The notes below the pieces were generated by a model. It had not been told where the DNA came from. It was given only the letters and a program-made list of their open reading frames with translations, and made no database searches. Shown piece after piece: positions 11,073 to 23,830 of a stretch of DNA of 64,000 nt. Positions within the stretch are counted from its first letter, which is position 1, and every line of letters begins with the position of its first letter. The DNA is from Oopsacas minuta (Eukaryota > Animalia > Porifera): assembly GCA_024704765.1 (NCBI GenBank), contig JAKMXF010000155.1, forward strand, positions 373,810 through 437,809. The letters run 5' to 3'. Made by a program: the position numbers and the translations under genes.

Positions 11073-13369
11073 CACTGCCCTGCGTCAAATTTGCTGATTA
11101 TTATCCATGGGTAGTTTTTAGTTAACTTGAGTATGCTGATTCTCTATCTGTCATCAGAATTCCCCTATCACGTCTCGTTTTTACTCAAATCTCATTTTAA
11201 TGTAAGTCGATTTTTTTAAGTACACTTCCCTAGAATAAATGATTATATTTGATACATGTATGAATTTTTGTCTTTTGAAATAAACAGATACGTGCTTTAT
11301 TGCATCTTCTAATTAGTCCCTTTAACTCCATTCTTTTCTACATAATTTGTTTTATTTTTATTTTTGTTATATACAGCTTTATTGTACTATAGTCTACTAT
11401 TTTGGTTTTTATTATCATATGGCTTATCGGAGAAGGTGCAGTAATGATCCAGATGTCTTTTGTTATATTTGTGGTAGTTTTATGACTTCTAAACAAACTA
11501 CGGCAATAACAGGATTTGTTAAAAAAGCATATTTAGAATATTTTGGAATGAGATTAGGTGATCAAGACAAAACATGAGCTCCACATACAGTGTGCCGATC
11601 TTGTGTAGAAAATTTGAGACAATGGACAAAAGGAATCAGAAAGAGTTTAAGTTTTGGAATTCCAATGATATGGAGAGAGCCACAAAATCACATTAGCGAT
11701 TGTTACTTTTGTATGGCGAATATTTCCGGATTCAATGCTAAAACCAAGTCATTGATCAAGTATCCAAATTTACATTCAGCAATACGACCCGTTGCCCATT
11801 CTATTGATGTACCTGTTCCAAAATTTACTAATTTGGATGTTATCTCGGAAATTGATGATTGTGAAACTAGAGATTCATTGATTAGAGAAGATGAAGATTT
11901 TATTCCGTGTGTATTATCTCGTTCTAATTCTCCACAGTTATTTAATCAGTCTGAATTAAATGATTTGGTGCGTGATTTAGATTTACCTAAAGAATCTGCC
12001 GAGTTGTTAGGTTCTAGGCTAAAAGAAAAAAACTTGCTTCTTCCAGAAACAAAATTTTACTCATATAGGAACAGAGAGATCGAATTTTTGAAATATTTCA
12101 TAATGGAAGACGGATTTGTGTTTTGTCATGATGTTACACCGCTAGTTAATGCTCTTGGATGTCCGTATGTACCTAATGATTGGAGAGTCTTTAGTGATAG
12201 TTCAAAACAAAGTTTGAAATGTGTTCTACTTCATAATGGTAACAAATTTAGTTCCATACCAATTGGACATTCAGTAAGTTTAAAGGAACGATATGATAAC
12301 ATGAAAATTGTGCTTCATAGATTAATTATAACCAGCACAATTTGGTAATCTGTGGTGATTTAGAAATCATATGCATTCTTTTGGGACAGCAATCAGGATA
12401 TACAAAATGCCCTTGTTTTTTATGCTTATGGGACAGTCGTGCAAAGAGCGAACACTATTCTAGACAGAGCTCGCCAGCTAGAACCAATCTTAATGTTGGA
12501 GATAAGAACATTATTCACGAGCCTCTAGTGGATCCTCTCAAGATTTTGTTTCCACCACTTCATATAAAATTAGGATTGATGAAACAGTTCGTAAGGGCAT
12601 TAGATAAAGAAGGAAATTGTTTCAAATATATTACCGAGAAGTTTTACTACCTAAGTGATGAAAAAAGAAAAGCCGGTATATTCGACGGTCCTCAGATAAG
12701 ACAACTTGTTCGAGATGGCAATTTTTCAAATTCTATGATATGCAAAGAAAAATGTGCATGGAATGCATTTGTAGATGTCATGAAAAACTTCTTGGGAAAT
12801 ACGAAATCTCCTAATTATAAAATACTTGTGAATGAGTTGATTGAATCTTACAAGAATCTCGGCTGCAATATGAGTGTAAAAGTTCACTTTCTTCACAGTC
12901 ATATTGACTATTTTCCAGAGAATCTTGGAGCTGTTTCCGAGGAGCAAGGTGAACGACTCCACCAAGACATAAAAACAATGGAAACACGATATCAGGGGAG
13001 GTGGGACGTTCATATGATGGCTGATTACTGCTGGTGCCTCAAGAGAGATTGTATTGCTGTTATTCATGCTAGAATGTCAGAAAAACGGAAATTTGCTCCT
13101 GATTCAGACTAATATATTCAAATTTATTTATTAACTAAGATTATATTATCAAGAAAAATTTATAAATGGCAGATTTTCACTATTTTATTTTGTAGAGGTA
13201 TCATGCATTCATCGATAAATATACCAATATTTAAAAATAATTTTGCAAAAAAACTAGACGTGATACGTATATTTTACAACATTTTTCAAAATCAGTATTA
13301 AAATGTGAATTAGAAAATGTTTTGCAATAACAATCAGCAAATAAAATTTTTTTTTTCCGCAGGGCTGTG
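11073..13369 (+). mobile_element. Chapaev3 (CMC superfamily) DNA transposon, full length
   Basis: TIRs CACTGCCCTGCG / CACAGCCCTGCG (rc). 3-bp TSD TTA (11070-11072, 13370-13372). Chapa-domain transposase inside. Confidence 0.88.
11419..13112 (+). pseudogene. Chapaev3 transposase (one TGA at 11575-11577, one frameshift near 12320)
   Basis: CSNDPDVFCYICG, GDQDK*APH.VC..C, WREPQNH..DCYFC, ICGDL, LHIKLGLMKQFV, GAVSEEQGERLHQD, RYQGRW. Confidence 0.88.
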
Positions 13370-15377
13370 TTATAGCTCTGCTTCATAATATAGTCATCTT
13401 ACTTGTTCAACAAGACCCAAACGGAGGTGGATTGAACAATGATGTTGTTAGTATTTAGTTTCCTCAATTCAATAATTCATTTAGACCCATTTCAGTATTT
13501 AATGAAGGAAACTCATCTTCCTGTTTCTGATGAATCACAAGTGATGTCGATAATTTATTGAATCCTCTATCTGTTACGCACTGTTCACTCTGAGAAAAAT
13601 TTGATTTCACTTCATTATATTATTTGAACAATCATTTACTCTAGCTCCAGCACTATCACTAGATTCACTACTACAAGAACGTCAATGCAGTTTCAGAAGA
13701 AATTCTTTCATTGTTTTGTGAATTTCCCCTTAGTTATGGTAACATCTCGTATGCAACTAGATGCAAAATGTACCTCATCAAATTAATGAATTATCTACCT
13801 CCCATGATTTTTTCGAATTAAGTGCTGTAAGAATTTTAAGCAAATTCTAATTCTATTATCTCGGGCTGATTAGAATTTGATTAAAAGATTCCCTAGAGAA
13901 CAATTAAATTACAAACACGCTGACCGAATGCCGATATACCCATTCCATTTGGGTTTAACAAGCCGAGATACTTCCTAGCGCTCGCCATTTAGAGTAATAC
14001 CTATCATCACCTTCCATAATGGTTCTTTCAAATTCAATAATCTATCCATCATTTTGATCCAGCTATTCCATCGAGTTTTGCGTTTAAAGATAAATTCAGC
14101 TTTGTGTCTAATAGTTGTTCTACGTGGCACCTAAGTAATTCATTTTTTAGTGGTGACTTTCTGAATATTCTAACAACATTTCCAACTTTCGTAACTACTG
14201 TGTATATCCATCCTTAAAGGCGTGATCAAAGCGCTTTTGATACTTCGTCATCTTGACTATCACCGTCCATACAATCAAAATCAACAAAAGACTATAATAC
14301 CATTGAGCCATCTTCTGATTCATCTTACATTTTCTCATCTACATCCTAAATGTCATTGGAGTTGGACTCTCGGAGTATAGAGCAGCAACTCCTGCCAAAT
14401 GCACTCCATTTACTAAGCATGTGAGTTGGTATATTCAGCTAAGCTCCCCCATTTTAGCAATGCCTGGGGACCCGTCACATACAATTCATCACAATATTTT
14501 CGATGTAAATCAATTTTGAATTCATATAAATTTTCAAGTAAATTTGTGGAACCTCTTCACCTGTAATCCTATCTTATGTTCTCCTCATTCCAGGAATCAT
14601 AATTTTTTGGCACTGTGTACATTTACGTTCATATTGTATGTTCTGGATGGACGTGTACTCATCCAGTGTTACGCTGATCCGTTCATCGTTGAGAACTAAT
14701 GTTTGTAACTGTGAGGTCATCTTTTCTCTTTGCGATCCTTACATCTCAGGTTACTATTTGAGAAACTGTTTTGTAATCTCTAAATGGCGTGAAATCTCGC
14801 AGAGCAGACCGAAATATTTACTCTGGCATATCTTTGAATAACTGAAACCGTTCTCTACCGTTAACCAAGCAATCACTCATCTAATTACTACTAGGAAATC
14901 CTATTTTGCTCTTAGACTTGTAATATATGATACTATTGGTAGTTCAGTTGTAAAAATTTACATTATTTTATTAAGTGATAGACTTAAATTATCTCTACAA
15001 GAATATAGTGATCAGAGAGATTATAACTTATGTAACAGATTACAAATAATAGAGCAGGGAAAATATGTGATTCTATGACGTCAGAAAGGTGCTAAAATCC
15101 CGTTTTGGTGCGGGTGGCTAATGAAAAGTGTTAAAGTCTCCTTTTCCTTACCAACGCAACACTTCGGCCTTGATCGGTTAAATGGTTTCATAATGAATTC
15201 AATCAGAATATTGTTCGTGTGAATAGCATTATGATTTGAGTTAAAACTTGTATCAAATTAACCGGTTTTCGAATTTCCAGAAAGGGTTTATCGGTTACCT
15301 TCCCTACTTACAGTTTAAACAACTTGCGAGAATGTTATTCTCTATTTTGAATACTAAAGCGAGGTATCCTGACAGTC

Positions 15378-16080
15378 ATGAATTTCAAGATTTGGAAGAA
15401 TAGAGAGCTAAGTAAAATAGTAATTGAAATAGTTTGGATATATCTAATTGAATTTATACTACCAAATTTTCTAATCTTGCTCATTGCCTTTGTTTCTTTT
15501 ACCTTTTGCCTTTACTTTACTCTTATCCCCATAGTTTTTATGCCTTTCATTATTGATAGTGAAATATCGTTTATTTTTTCTTGCTTCATTGATCTGTAGT
15601 AATTATGCTTACTATTGAATTTTGAAGTGCTCATTGTATCGCACTCGGTTATGCTTCAATTTATTAAAACTTCATCTGGCTCTCTCTTTCTCTCATTTCT
15701 ATCTCAATTCTAATTTCTTCACTCTCCGCCTATATAATGTCAATTCTGCTCTTTATTAGTGGTATCGAGATAAACCCAGGACCGATTACTCCATCTCGAG
15801 ATTCATTTTCCGAACACGGGAATCCATTAAAATTTATTCTTTGGTCTTTAGTGTTATATGTTTAATTACTTCCTTCCTCCCCGCATTTCTCTTTATTTGG
15901 TCCGCAAATATGATCGCATATGGCCTATACGACAATCACTCTGTTGCGGTTCTGGACAAATTTGACTCTATTTATATACATAGATGTATGTATTTGTTTT
16001 ATGAATGGAATCAATTTTTTAAGTCCATGTATTTACCTTTATTTGATTTTCTTTGGATTACCAGGGATTTATAAAATGAT
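15378..16080 (+). mobile_element. Internally deleted non-LTR (L2/Crack-like) fragment with a 2A-like peptide at the ORF2 N-terminus
   Basis: Frame at 15734-15784 reads IMSILLFISGIEINPGP, followed by NPLKFILW (APE first-strand-like). The segment after it resembles an L2/Crack ORF2 tail (LDKFDSIY..CMY). Confidence 0.5.
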
Positions 16081-16742
16081 CTCCGCAGCACAACATTCGT
16101 TTGAAGATTGTATCAGCAAATTTCCATCTGCGACGCCAAATTTCCAATTTCCCTTTTGGGATTTATTTGGAAGAAGGTTGTTCACTTGGTGAATCTGACA
16201 GGAGTTAAAATTCTATTAAACCTTGTAGACTCGTTTAGTCAATTGTTAATATTGAACTCCCAGACAAACCACATCGTAAGTTCACCAAGCTCCAATGGTT
16301 CTGAGCAACAGATACAAGTGAATTTTTGTTTGAATAAGCTATATATGTCTTAGAGCGCATCACTAATTATATCTAGTATTGTTAATGATGTAGTTAGAAG
16401 CATTGTTAAGCGTTCAATTTCAGTTTCCTCTTCTGGTAACCTAGATTTATTAACACTTGAATTCGATTTAGGAGACGCTATTCTTCTTATTGTGTGGGCA
16501 TAATCTGTTTCCGATTTAACCATGTATAACAATTTGAAGAGCAAATTCAGTCATTGTACTGATGGTGAAAAGTCTGAAGAAAGTAACATATTTTCTACAG
16601 ATCATCGTAAGCTCAATTGTGGGTAGATACCGCAAAGTTTTAAGGGGTCTCTAACTTTCGAAATATTTTTGGGTTTTGCAATTTGCTTATGCATTTTTAT
16701 TGATGACTGTTATCATTCCATTAACGTAATCAAGAGGTGCGT

Positions 16743-17664
16743 CACAGTGTGGGAAAATGGCGATTATGTGGTAATAGGTACTTAGACTTAAGATATATAT
16801 TAAAATGTTGTCACTTATAGTAAAACGACTCTGTTGATCTAAAAATGGCACCATATCTTTAGTTGCACTTTTAAAATGGGACTATGACCTAATCTGTGGT
16901 GTTTTGACTTAAATTAATTATTATGGTTCAAGAATAAATGAGTCCTAAATTTATGAGTGTTTTATATCAACCGGCCCTATTTATTGATAAACTTGAATAA
17001 CGATGCGTATACTGAAATCAATTCTGCATTGGATACTTCATAAAATGCTACTAATGAATTAGATATACAGTACTTATAAAATTTTATAACGAAGATTGAA
17101 TTTTTCTAAAAATACATTTCATCCGAAACGGCGTGCCCCATACGCTCAATGTCAAGAAATGTATCAGTGGGCGCCTTTGGGTGCGTCTAGAAATTATTAT
17201 GAATGAAATTTAAAAAGATAAACCATGCGAAAGAGTCGACTATACAACTTGCAATTATTTGCATTGTAAGATCGGGGACCTAAGATGTAGATCAAGGAGC
17301 TGAAATATGGGTAAAAACAGAATGCTAAAATGTTTGAGAATGAAAAATAGTATTTAATTTGTTTTGCAAACGAGTTAAAATCTATCATATAATGCATATG
17401 ATTACTGATAAATGCCATTGAATTACAGAAAATTCAGGAATGCTGAAATATCGCATGGGTATTTGTATTATATTTGCGTTTTTCATTTTTCAAATTTCAA
17501 ATTTTATCCCAAGTTTGAGACTAGTTAGACATGCTATATGTTCATTAAGTAACCAATAATAGCATGTTTCTAGGTTTGAAATTGTGTAAGATTGAGTGCA
17601 CACATTAATTTTAGTAAATAGCGAAGGCAAATTTTCACCAATTACTGCATAGTTCCACACTATG
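16743..17664. mobile_element. Non-autonomous Transib/RAG-like element (922 bp)
   Basis: Ends CACAGTGTGGGAA / CATAGTGTGGAA (rc). Perfect 5-bp TSD TGCGT (16738-16742, 17665-17669). No transposase ORF. Confidence 0.78.
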
Positions 17665-19049
17665 TGCGTATAGAAATTGTTTGTTAACTTTTTATGGTAG
17701 GTTGTTTCACAACCAGGTCATAGTTTGTTTACCAAATGTCAGGTTAAACAAACGTTAGTTTAAGTGGAGAGATTTTGACCTTTTTCATTCGTTGGGTATT
17801 GAAACAAAAAAAGGAGTTTGATATTAATGCTGTTGCCAACTTACAAAAATATCTGTATTCTGGATACCTTGTTCGTTTTGAATGTTCAAGCCTCCTTCAT
17901 GCTCTTCATTATGCTTTAACTATCCAACATCCTGAGTATTCTGCCATTCCAATATCTGTACCAGATATGATCGGTAGTGATCATGGTATTGCTGGAATTT
18001 CACATTTACTTAATAAATATCAATTTATACACAAATTTTTAAATAGATATAAGATCATGAGAATAGGTCTGCATACTTTTCGTAGATTATTAAATTGCAA
18101 CAAAATTATGTGAAATTGACCATCTTTTTCAAGATATGGTGTTATTTTTATGTCCAATAATGATATCCATAAATTATGGAAGCAAATTTTGCTAACTTAG
18201 AAATTTATGTTAAGAGAGAGATATACATTATGATGAAATACCAGAGGAATGTGAATATGAATCAACTGTAATATTTAATGCTGTAAGGCTTTAGCCACTT
18301 TTGGTAACATTTTGAAGATGCCTGGAAAAACAATTGCAGCTCAAGGCTATGTTGTTTTTTGGGGGTGGAACGTCCCCTACCCCCGTATTAATTACGCAAT
18401 GGATCAGATCGGCTGATTTCAGGCTCCTGGCTGGATCTAAAATTTTTGAGCTTATTCAATATCATTACTCCCCTACTGGACTACTTGTTTTATACTCTTC
18501 CTACATTCCCCAAGTTAGACGAATAGTATCAAAAGTTAGTCTTTGATTTAAATCTGTTAAGTATGTTACTACCGAATCAATATATTTCGTTTTTAGTGTA
18601 AATTAGGTAATATAAATTACCATAGATGGCACATTTTTAGCCAATATCTACATATAACTCGATTGTCGCGAGAGTTTTAGTCAAATCAGTCAATCCATTA
18701 TGCACCACGGACATAATTTCCCATATCAATGTAATACATTTATATATGATATCTCTAAGCATTATTGTGTAATCTTGACAATGACCAAATTTTGGCATAT
18801 TCACTATTGCGTTACACCAGTTAGGCAAATCGTTTCAAAATATATGGGCTTTGGGTATGTTGTACATATTGGCTGGACTGATTTGTCTTAACCTCTCAAG
18901 ACATTCGACTTATATATAGATATTGACCAAAAAATGTTTTCTTATCTTCAGGGTCACTATTAAGTTATTTTACAATTTCACCTTTTCTAGTAACCCTATC
19001 ATTATGCCCCTTATCCATCATTTTCGTTTTAAATACTCCTATGATGCCA

Positions 19050-20290
19050 TTAGAAAATTCTGTGAATGTGGCTATTATAATTTTCAATAAGCTTTTGTTG
19101 CAACCTTCCAAAGATGAAAGAGAAACAATCTGAAAATTTTATTGTTTCAGACTGGAAACACAGAATATGGCATTTTGAAGAAGCTCACAAATGATACTTT
19201 CAACAGGATGCTTATATATATCGCATCATTAAATGATATATTGATAAGGTGTCAAAGATAAAACTCGTTCGGGCAGAACCACCTCATTAAGTACTATGCA
19301 GCTAGATTAAATGATTTTAAGTAGAATTTCCCGTAATCCGAGTCTCTCAATGCGTAAATGTCCAAGGACTACGAATTTAGGGAAAAGTTTGGAACTAACA
19401 TTGCAAAAAACTAGGACTAAAGTCTCTCAAACGGTGAGCAGTTCATTATCTCCCTCCTTCATTTCGCAAAACGCTCATTCCAAGATGCAAAAGCCTAGTA
19501 TGAGAGAATACTCCTTTTAGACCAAAAGAATATGAACATAGAGAAAGTTTCAAACTCCCAAAATGAAAGAATTTTTGCGACCTTGTCCAATACAATCCCT
19601 AATATTATGTATTCTTCGGTAATATACAAAGTCATCTTTATCTTATTGTTTGGCTAGTGTATAGGCAAATTATATGAAACATTTGATTTTAATCATCCTG
19701 GAGTCAAAAGAAATTTGCAGAGCTATCGAGAGTTCATTCTTGAGACAGGAATTATGTATCCATCTTCAAACTTGTTCAATAATCAAACTTTGTTGTTTCA
19801 ACGGGATACAGTACCTGCCCCTAGGTCAAATGCTACTCAAGCATGGCTATTAGGTGTAAAATTGAATTTGTTCCCGAGACAGAATTGCCACCTTCCAGCT
19901 CTGATTTAAACCCACTTACAGTGGCTGTCCCAGGTGGGGCAAACTGGCGATTTGCACCGATTTGCAAATTTTGGCCCCACCCCACCTCCGTTTTGCCATA
20001 TACTAAGATCACCACTGCCCATGAGATAATAAGATTTTACCCCGGCTTTGTGTCCGGCTATGCAAAATCCTAGAACTGCATCCGCCCACTTTACTCTTTT
20101 GAGTGGGTAAACTTAGAGAACAATGCCTACTCAAAACTTCACGACTTTTACAAAGTCTATGACAAGCACTAAGTTAGGAATAGGAAAGTATGCTTCCAGA
20201 AGAGATCGTAAATCTGTTTCCAGATTTAGAGAACGGCTTAAAATCGTAGTTAAACAAATGGGGGTTATTTCCAGTGACATTGTATGGGAA
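19050..20290 (+). mobile_element. Heavily degraded DD37D/maT-like Tc1/mariner remnant; boundaries approximate
   Basis: Fragments ISRNPSLSMRK, LLFQRDTVPAP and ELPPSSSDLNPL match the other maT copies in the window. TIRs not recognised. Confidence 0.65.
19919..20084. mobile_element. 166-bp hAT-type MITE inserted in the maT remnant
   Basis: 8-bp TSD CCCACTTA / CCCACTTT (7/8). Degenerate TIR CAGTGGCTGTCCCAGG / CGGATGCAGTTCTAGG (rc). Interrupts the DLNPL motif. Confidence 0.6.
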
Positions 20291-20495
20291 TATTTAATAT
20301 AATTTCTTATTATTAAAGTGTTGATACCTTCTTGGACTATATCAAGCTCTACAAACTGATGATAAATTTTCTAACTCCATTCTATATAGAATCATCATAC
20401 ATTTATACGACACATAAAATTATATTTGGCATTATGATAAACAAAATTTACAAAATATTTGGGAGTATATCTAGCCATCCTAATTTCAATATCTA

Positions 20496-21660
20496 CAGGG
20501 TGACAAATAAGTTCTGCCCATTGAAAATTTATTATAACTAAACCATGAACTAAGATATTGACTTGAAATTATGCTATAACTTTGTAAACTAATATAGATT
20601 CATAATATATTAAATTGTTCGATATAGCCCCCTTTCTTTTTGATGACAGCTCTTAGCCGCTTGGGGACGGACTCGACAGCGGCACGCAACCTTTCCTGCG
20701 TGATTTTTGCCAATTCTCGGGGTAAAGACGTTTTTAGAGACTTGATACTCTTGTGGGAAGTAGCGCACGCATTTGTCTCTAATATCGACCACAACGAGAA
20801 GTCCATCGGGTTGAGATCTGGGCTGGAAGGAGGCAATTCCTCCTTAGAGATGAAGTCTGAGATAGTGTTTGTAACCACTGTTGGTTGATTTTCGCTGTGT
20901 GGGCTGGCGCACCATCTTGCTGGAATAAAAATGGACGATTATTGAACATGGTCTTACCAAGGCCTCTCACTATTGGGTCTAAAACGAGCTCCTGATATTT
21001 AACAGCGTTTATTTTACGCTCGGTGGGATGACAACCAGTGGGGTACGGCTTTTGCAGACTCCTCCGTTCAAACCATCACTGGCTGAGGATGCTGAACTCT
21101 TTGGATGCATCGATATTCTAGTGGTATGGAAGATGGAGAAGAAGGCAATACTCGATCGTTTTGACGATTGTACGCCCTCTCGACCGTAAATAATTTCTCA
21201 TCCGAGAATAAAATTTCATCAAGGCTAAAACTTGCGAGCAGGGCGAGTAAAGCCTTACTCCTGGCTAGTCTCTTTTCTTTAATCTGTGCCGAAATAAAGT
21301 GAACCTTCCTCTTTTTGTAATGAAATAGGCCCATATCGCTCTTCACAATTGTTCTGACCGATTCTCTTGATATTTTGAGTTCTAGCGCCATTTTTCGCAT
21401 CGAAGTTGCCAATTCGCCGAATCCGACTACGGATAACCTTTCTCTTCTGGGTAGTGGTCGCAGATGTTGGACGTCCACTTCTCTGCCTGTCTGAGGTACT
21501 ACCAGTGTCCTTATATCTTTTAATAGTATGATATATCAATTTCCTGCGCGACTTGGGGAAATTGAGAATCTTCAGTATTATGCTTTTGCTTTTCCGTTGC
21601 AAATTTATATTAGCAATAGCCATCCTATTCTTCTTCATTTTCCCTAGAAAATTTAGCTTG
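20496..21660 (-). mobile_element. DD37D maT transposon, frameshifted, one TIR only
   Basis: TA-CAGGGTGACAAATAAGTTCTG at 20494. Fragments FSDEKLFTVE, FQQDGAPAHT, LPPSSPDLNPMDFSLW, KGGYIE. The mate TIR was not found. Confidence 0.85.
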
Positions 21661-23830
21661 TTCAGAATGACGGATTACCATTGAATACTTTAAATATATA
21701 CATTGTTACTTATCTTACACTATGTTTCACTGAGAAAATGGTGCAATCATGTTGACAATCTTTGGCAGGTAAACTTCATGCCAGTAGTGGAGCTGAAACA
21801 TTCCTGAAATGGGTTATATCCCTTCTTTGCACAGATTAAAATCCATATATATATTAATATAACAATCTGTTTGGGTATGAAATAATACTCAGTTGGGAAT
21901 AATCTACTACACGAGTATGGCATTTTTGAAAATATAATTATGAATCATCGACTATTGCATTTTAATATAGCTAGTCAAGCTAGATTGGACTAATGCACCC
22001 CTCCCTCCCTAGGACGGATCATTGGGTGTGGAGGCCCGCTCCAAACGAGATATACCGTTGCTGTTGATATCTGCAGGATTCCAAAGGAGTATGAGATAGC
22101 AGTGACTACCTACGGAAACCTACCTCTCTCCATTTTTCGTTTTGGTTTTGTTTTTGCGCCACTCTACTGCAACCTCATTGAAGTTCACCCATTTTCTAAT
22201 ATATACACAAGAATAGCAAACTTTTGATTTTGTAAGTGAAATACTAGTCGAGGCTCAAAATTCTATGAATTCAATAAATAATGCTATAACGCAATTGATC
22301 TAATATATATATGTGTGTGTATACCCTACGTGGACAAATGTGTTTATCGACTGCTAAAATTTCTACACAAATAGTACGAATCTCGCCTTTTCTGACTGGC
22401 AAATACATGAATACTGTAAGATTAATACTATATCCCATGTCTAATTTCCATTCTACGTATTTGAAACCTCAGTATACAGACTTCCTATATACATACTGTA
22501 TGAAAATGTTGTTGAAGATTTCAATCCATGACACGTTGTGCCACTTTATTCCATTTCCAACTATTGTACATTTTGTGATACATTTTACTAAGTAACATAT
22601 GGTTGGAAATTTTGAAAACTTATTAGTAAGTGTTCATAGAATTCTTAGAGACTAATTTATCAGAATACCTAGATAGCTAATTTGATGCCCAATAGCCTTT
22701 GAATTGCATTAACAATAGGCCCACTATTGTGTTAAATGGATGAAATTTTGGATATCTATGAGTACCCCTTTTCTGGGTAGGGTATATATATTAATATGTT
22801 TAATGTAGAGAATTGATAAAAGAAACTGGCAGACCCCAAGGCTGATTTTTGGTATACAGATATATTTTGGGCCTGGCTCGAACAGGTTTGAGTGTTGGAC
22901 GAAATTCACACCTATGATGAAATTATGAAGCCATTGCCACTTCTTTGGATTTTCGAAAAAGCAATGTATAATAGTGATAACACTATTATAGACTGCACAG
23001 CCAATATACATGATATAAGTTTGAAATTTGAATCACCTGTACCCCTCAATGTCAGAAATGTCCTGATATCACGATTCTGACCCAATGCTGACTCATCATG
23101 TGATTATTAAGTCATGTTTACAAATTCTAAATTATCCAAATTTCGAAATATTTCAGAATTTCTCAATTCCGAAGGCACGAAGTGCCGAGATTGCTACCAA
23201 AAAGCGACAAAACATCTCCAAGGTCACCACAGAATGTCATTGAATTAAATTTTGATGGAACATGGATAATACAATCTTAAAATTTCTTTGATATTATTAA
23301 TTCGAGGTCCTAAGTGCTTAGTTTATCCCCTTGTGGAGCCCCCCAAAGCACTAGGAATTTTTTCTGATTACTACTTAATATAACCTGAAGTACTAAGCTG
23401 TCGCGCAATGACTTAGTAAGCTAAGTGCGCTAGTTCAAAATACTCACACACATGAATTATATTTCTATCAAAGTATGGGATAACTACCCTCTGAACGCCA
23501 GTATTTTTCACAGGCTTTTAAAATTGAATCTAAGACTTATCCCACTTTCTGTAATAGGTATCAAAAATATAATTCTAACTCTATTAAATAATATTTTGGC
23601 AAATTTCTTTGCATATTTAAGAAATAGTCTCAAATTATGGCAGAGGTATTTCATTGTAAATTTCTTAAAAATGCATGCCAAAGAGTTCGTCTCTGCATTT
23701 TCTACTTAATGCTCGTTTTTGGTATTACTGCAATTGGTGAAAACGAACTGGTAAAAATTGCAATTTTTGCCAGTAATCGGTTAACTTTTGTCAAGAACTT
23801 GTTATGACATGTTACGTCGATAGTAATATA

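Larger units (their letters stand above)
3430..14900 (-). mobile_element. Degraded CR1/L2-group non-LTR retrotransposon, interrupted by three DNA transposons; boundaries approximate
   Basis: Minus-strand remnants resembling RT motifs (KAFD..H.RL near 4480-4520, SGVPQG near 4365-4395) and a CR1-like tail near 3560-3760. APE-like GDMNV near 11000. The sequence runs on across the insertion sites at 4581/6865, 6988/10362 and 11073/13369. Confidence 0.55.

Noticed and set aside
14611-14617. CACTGTG as an alternative transposon end (also at 60565-60571)
   Set aside because: No TIR identity beyond the heptamer and no matching 5-bp TSD with any CACAGTG end.
15378-15599. Hydrophobic 73-aa ORF as a host membrane protein
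   Set aside because: It is T-rich low-complexity sequence inside a LINE-like fragment with no recognisable domain. Similar F/I/L-rich short ORFs occur by chance throughout the window.
17775-18113. 112-aa ORF as a transposase or integrase fragment
   Set aside because: No motif I could assign with confidence; this would need a profile search.
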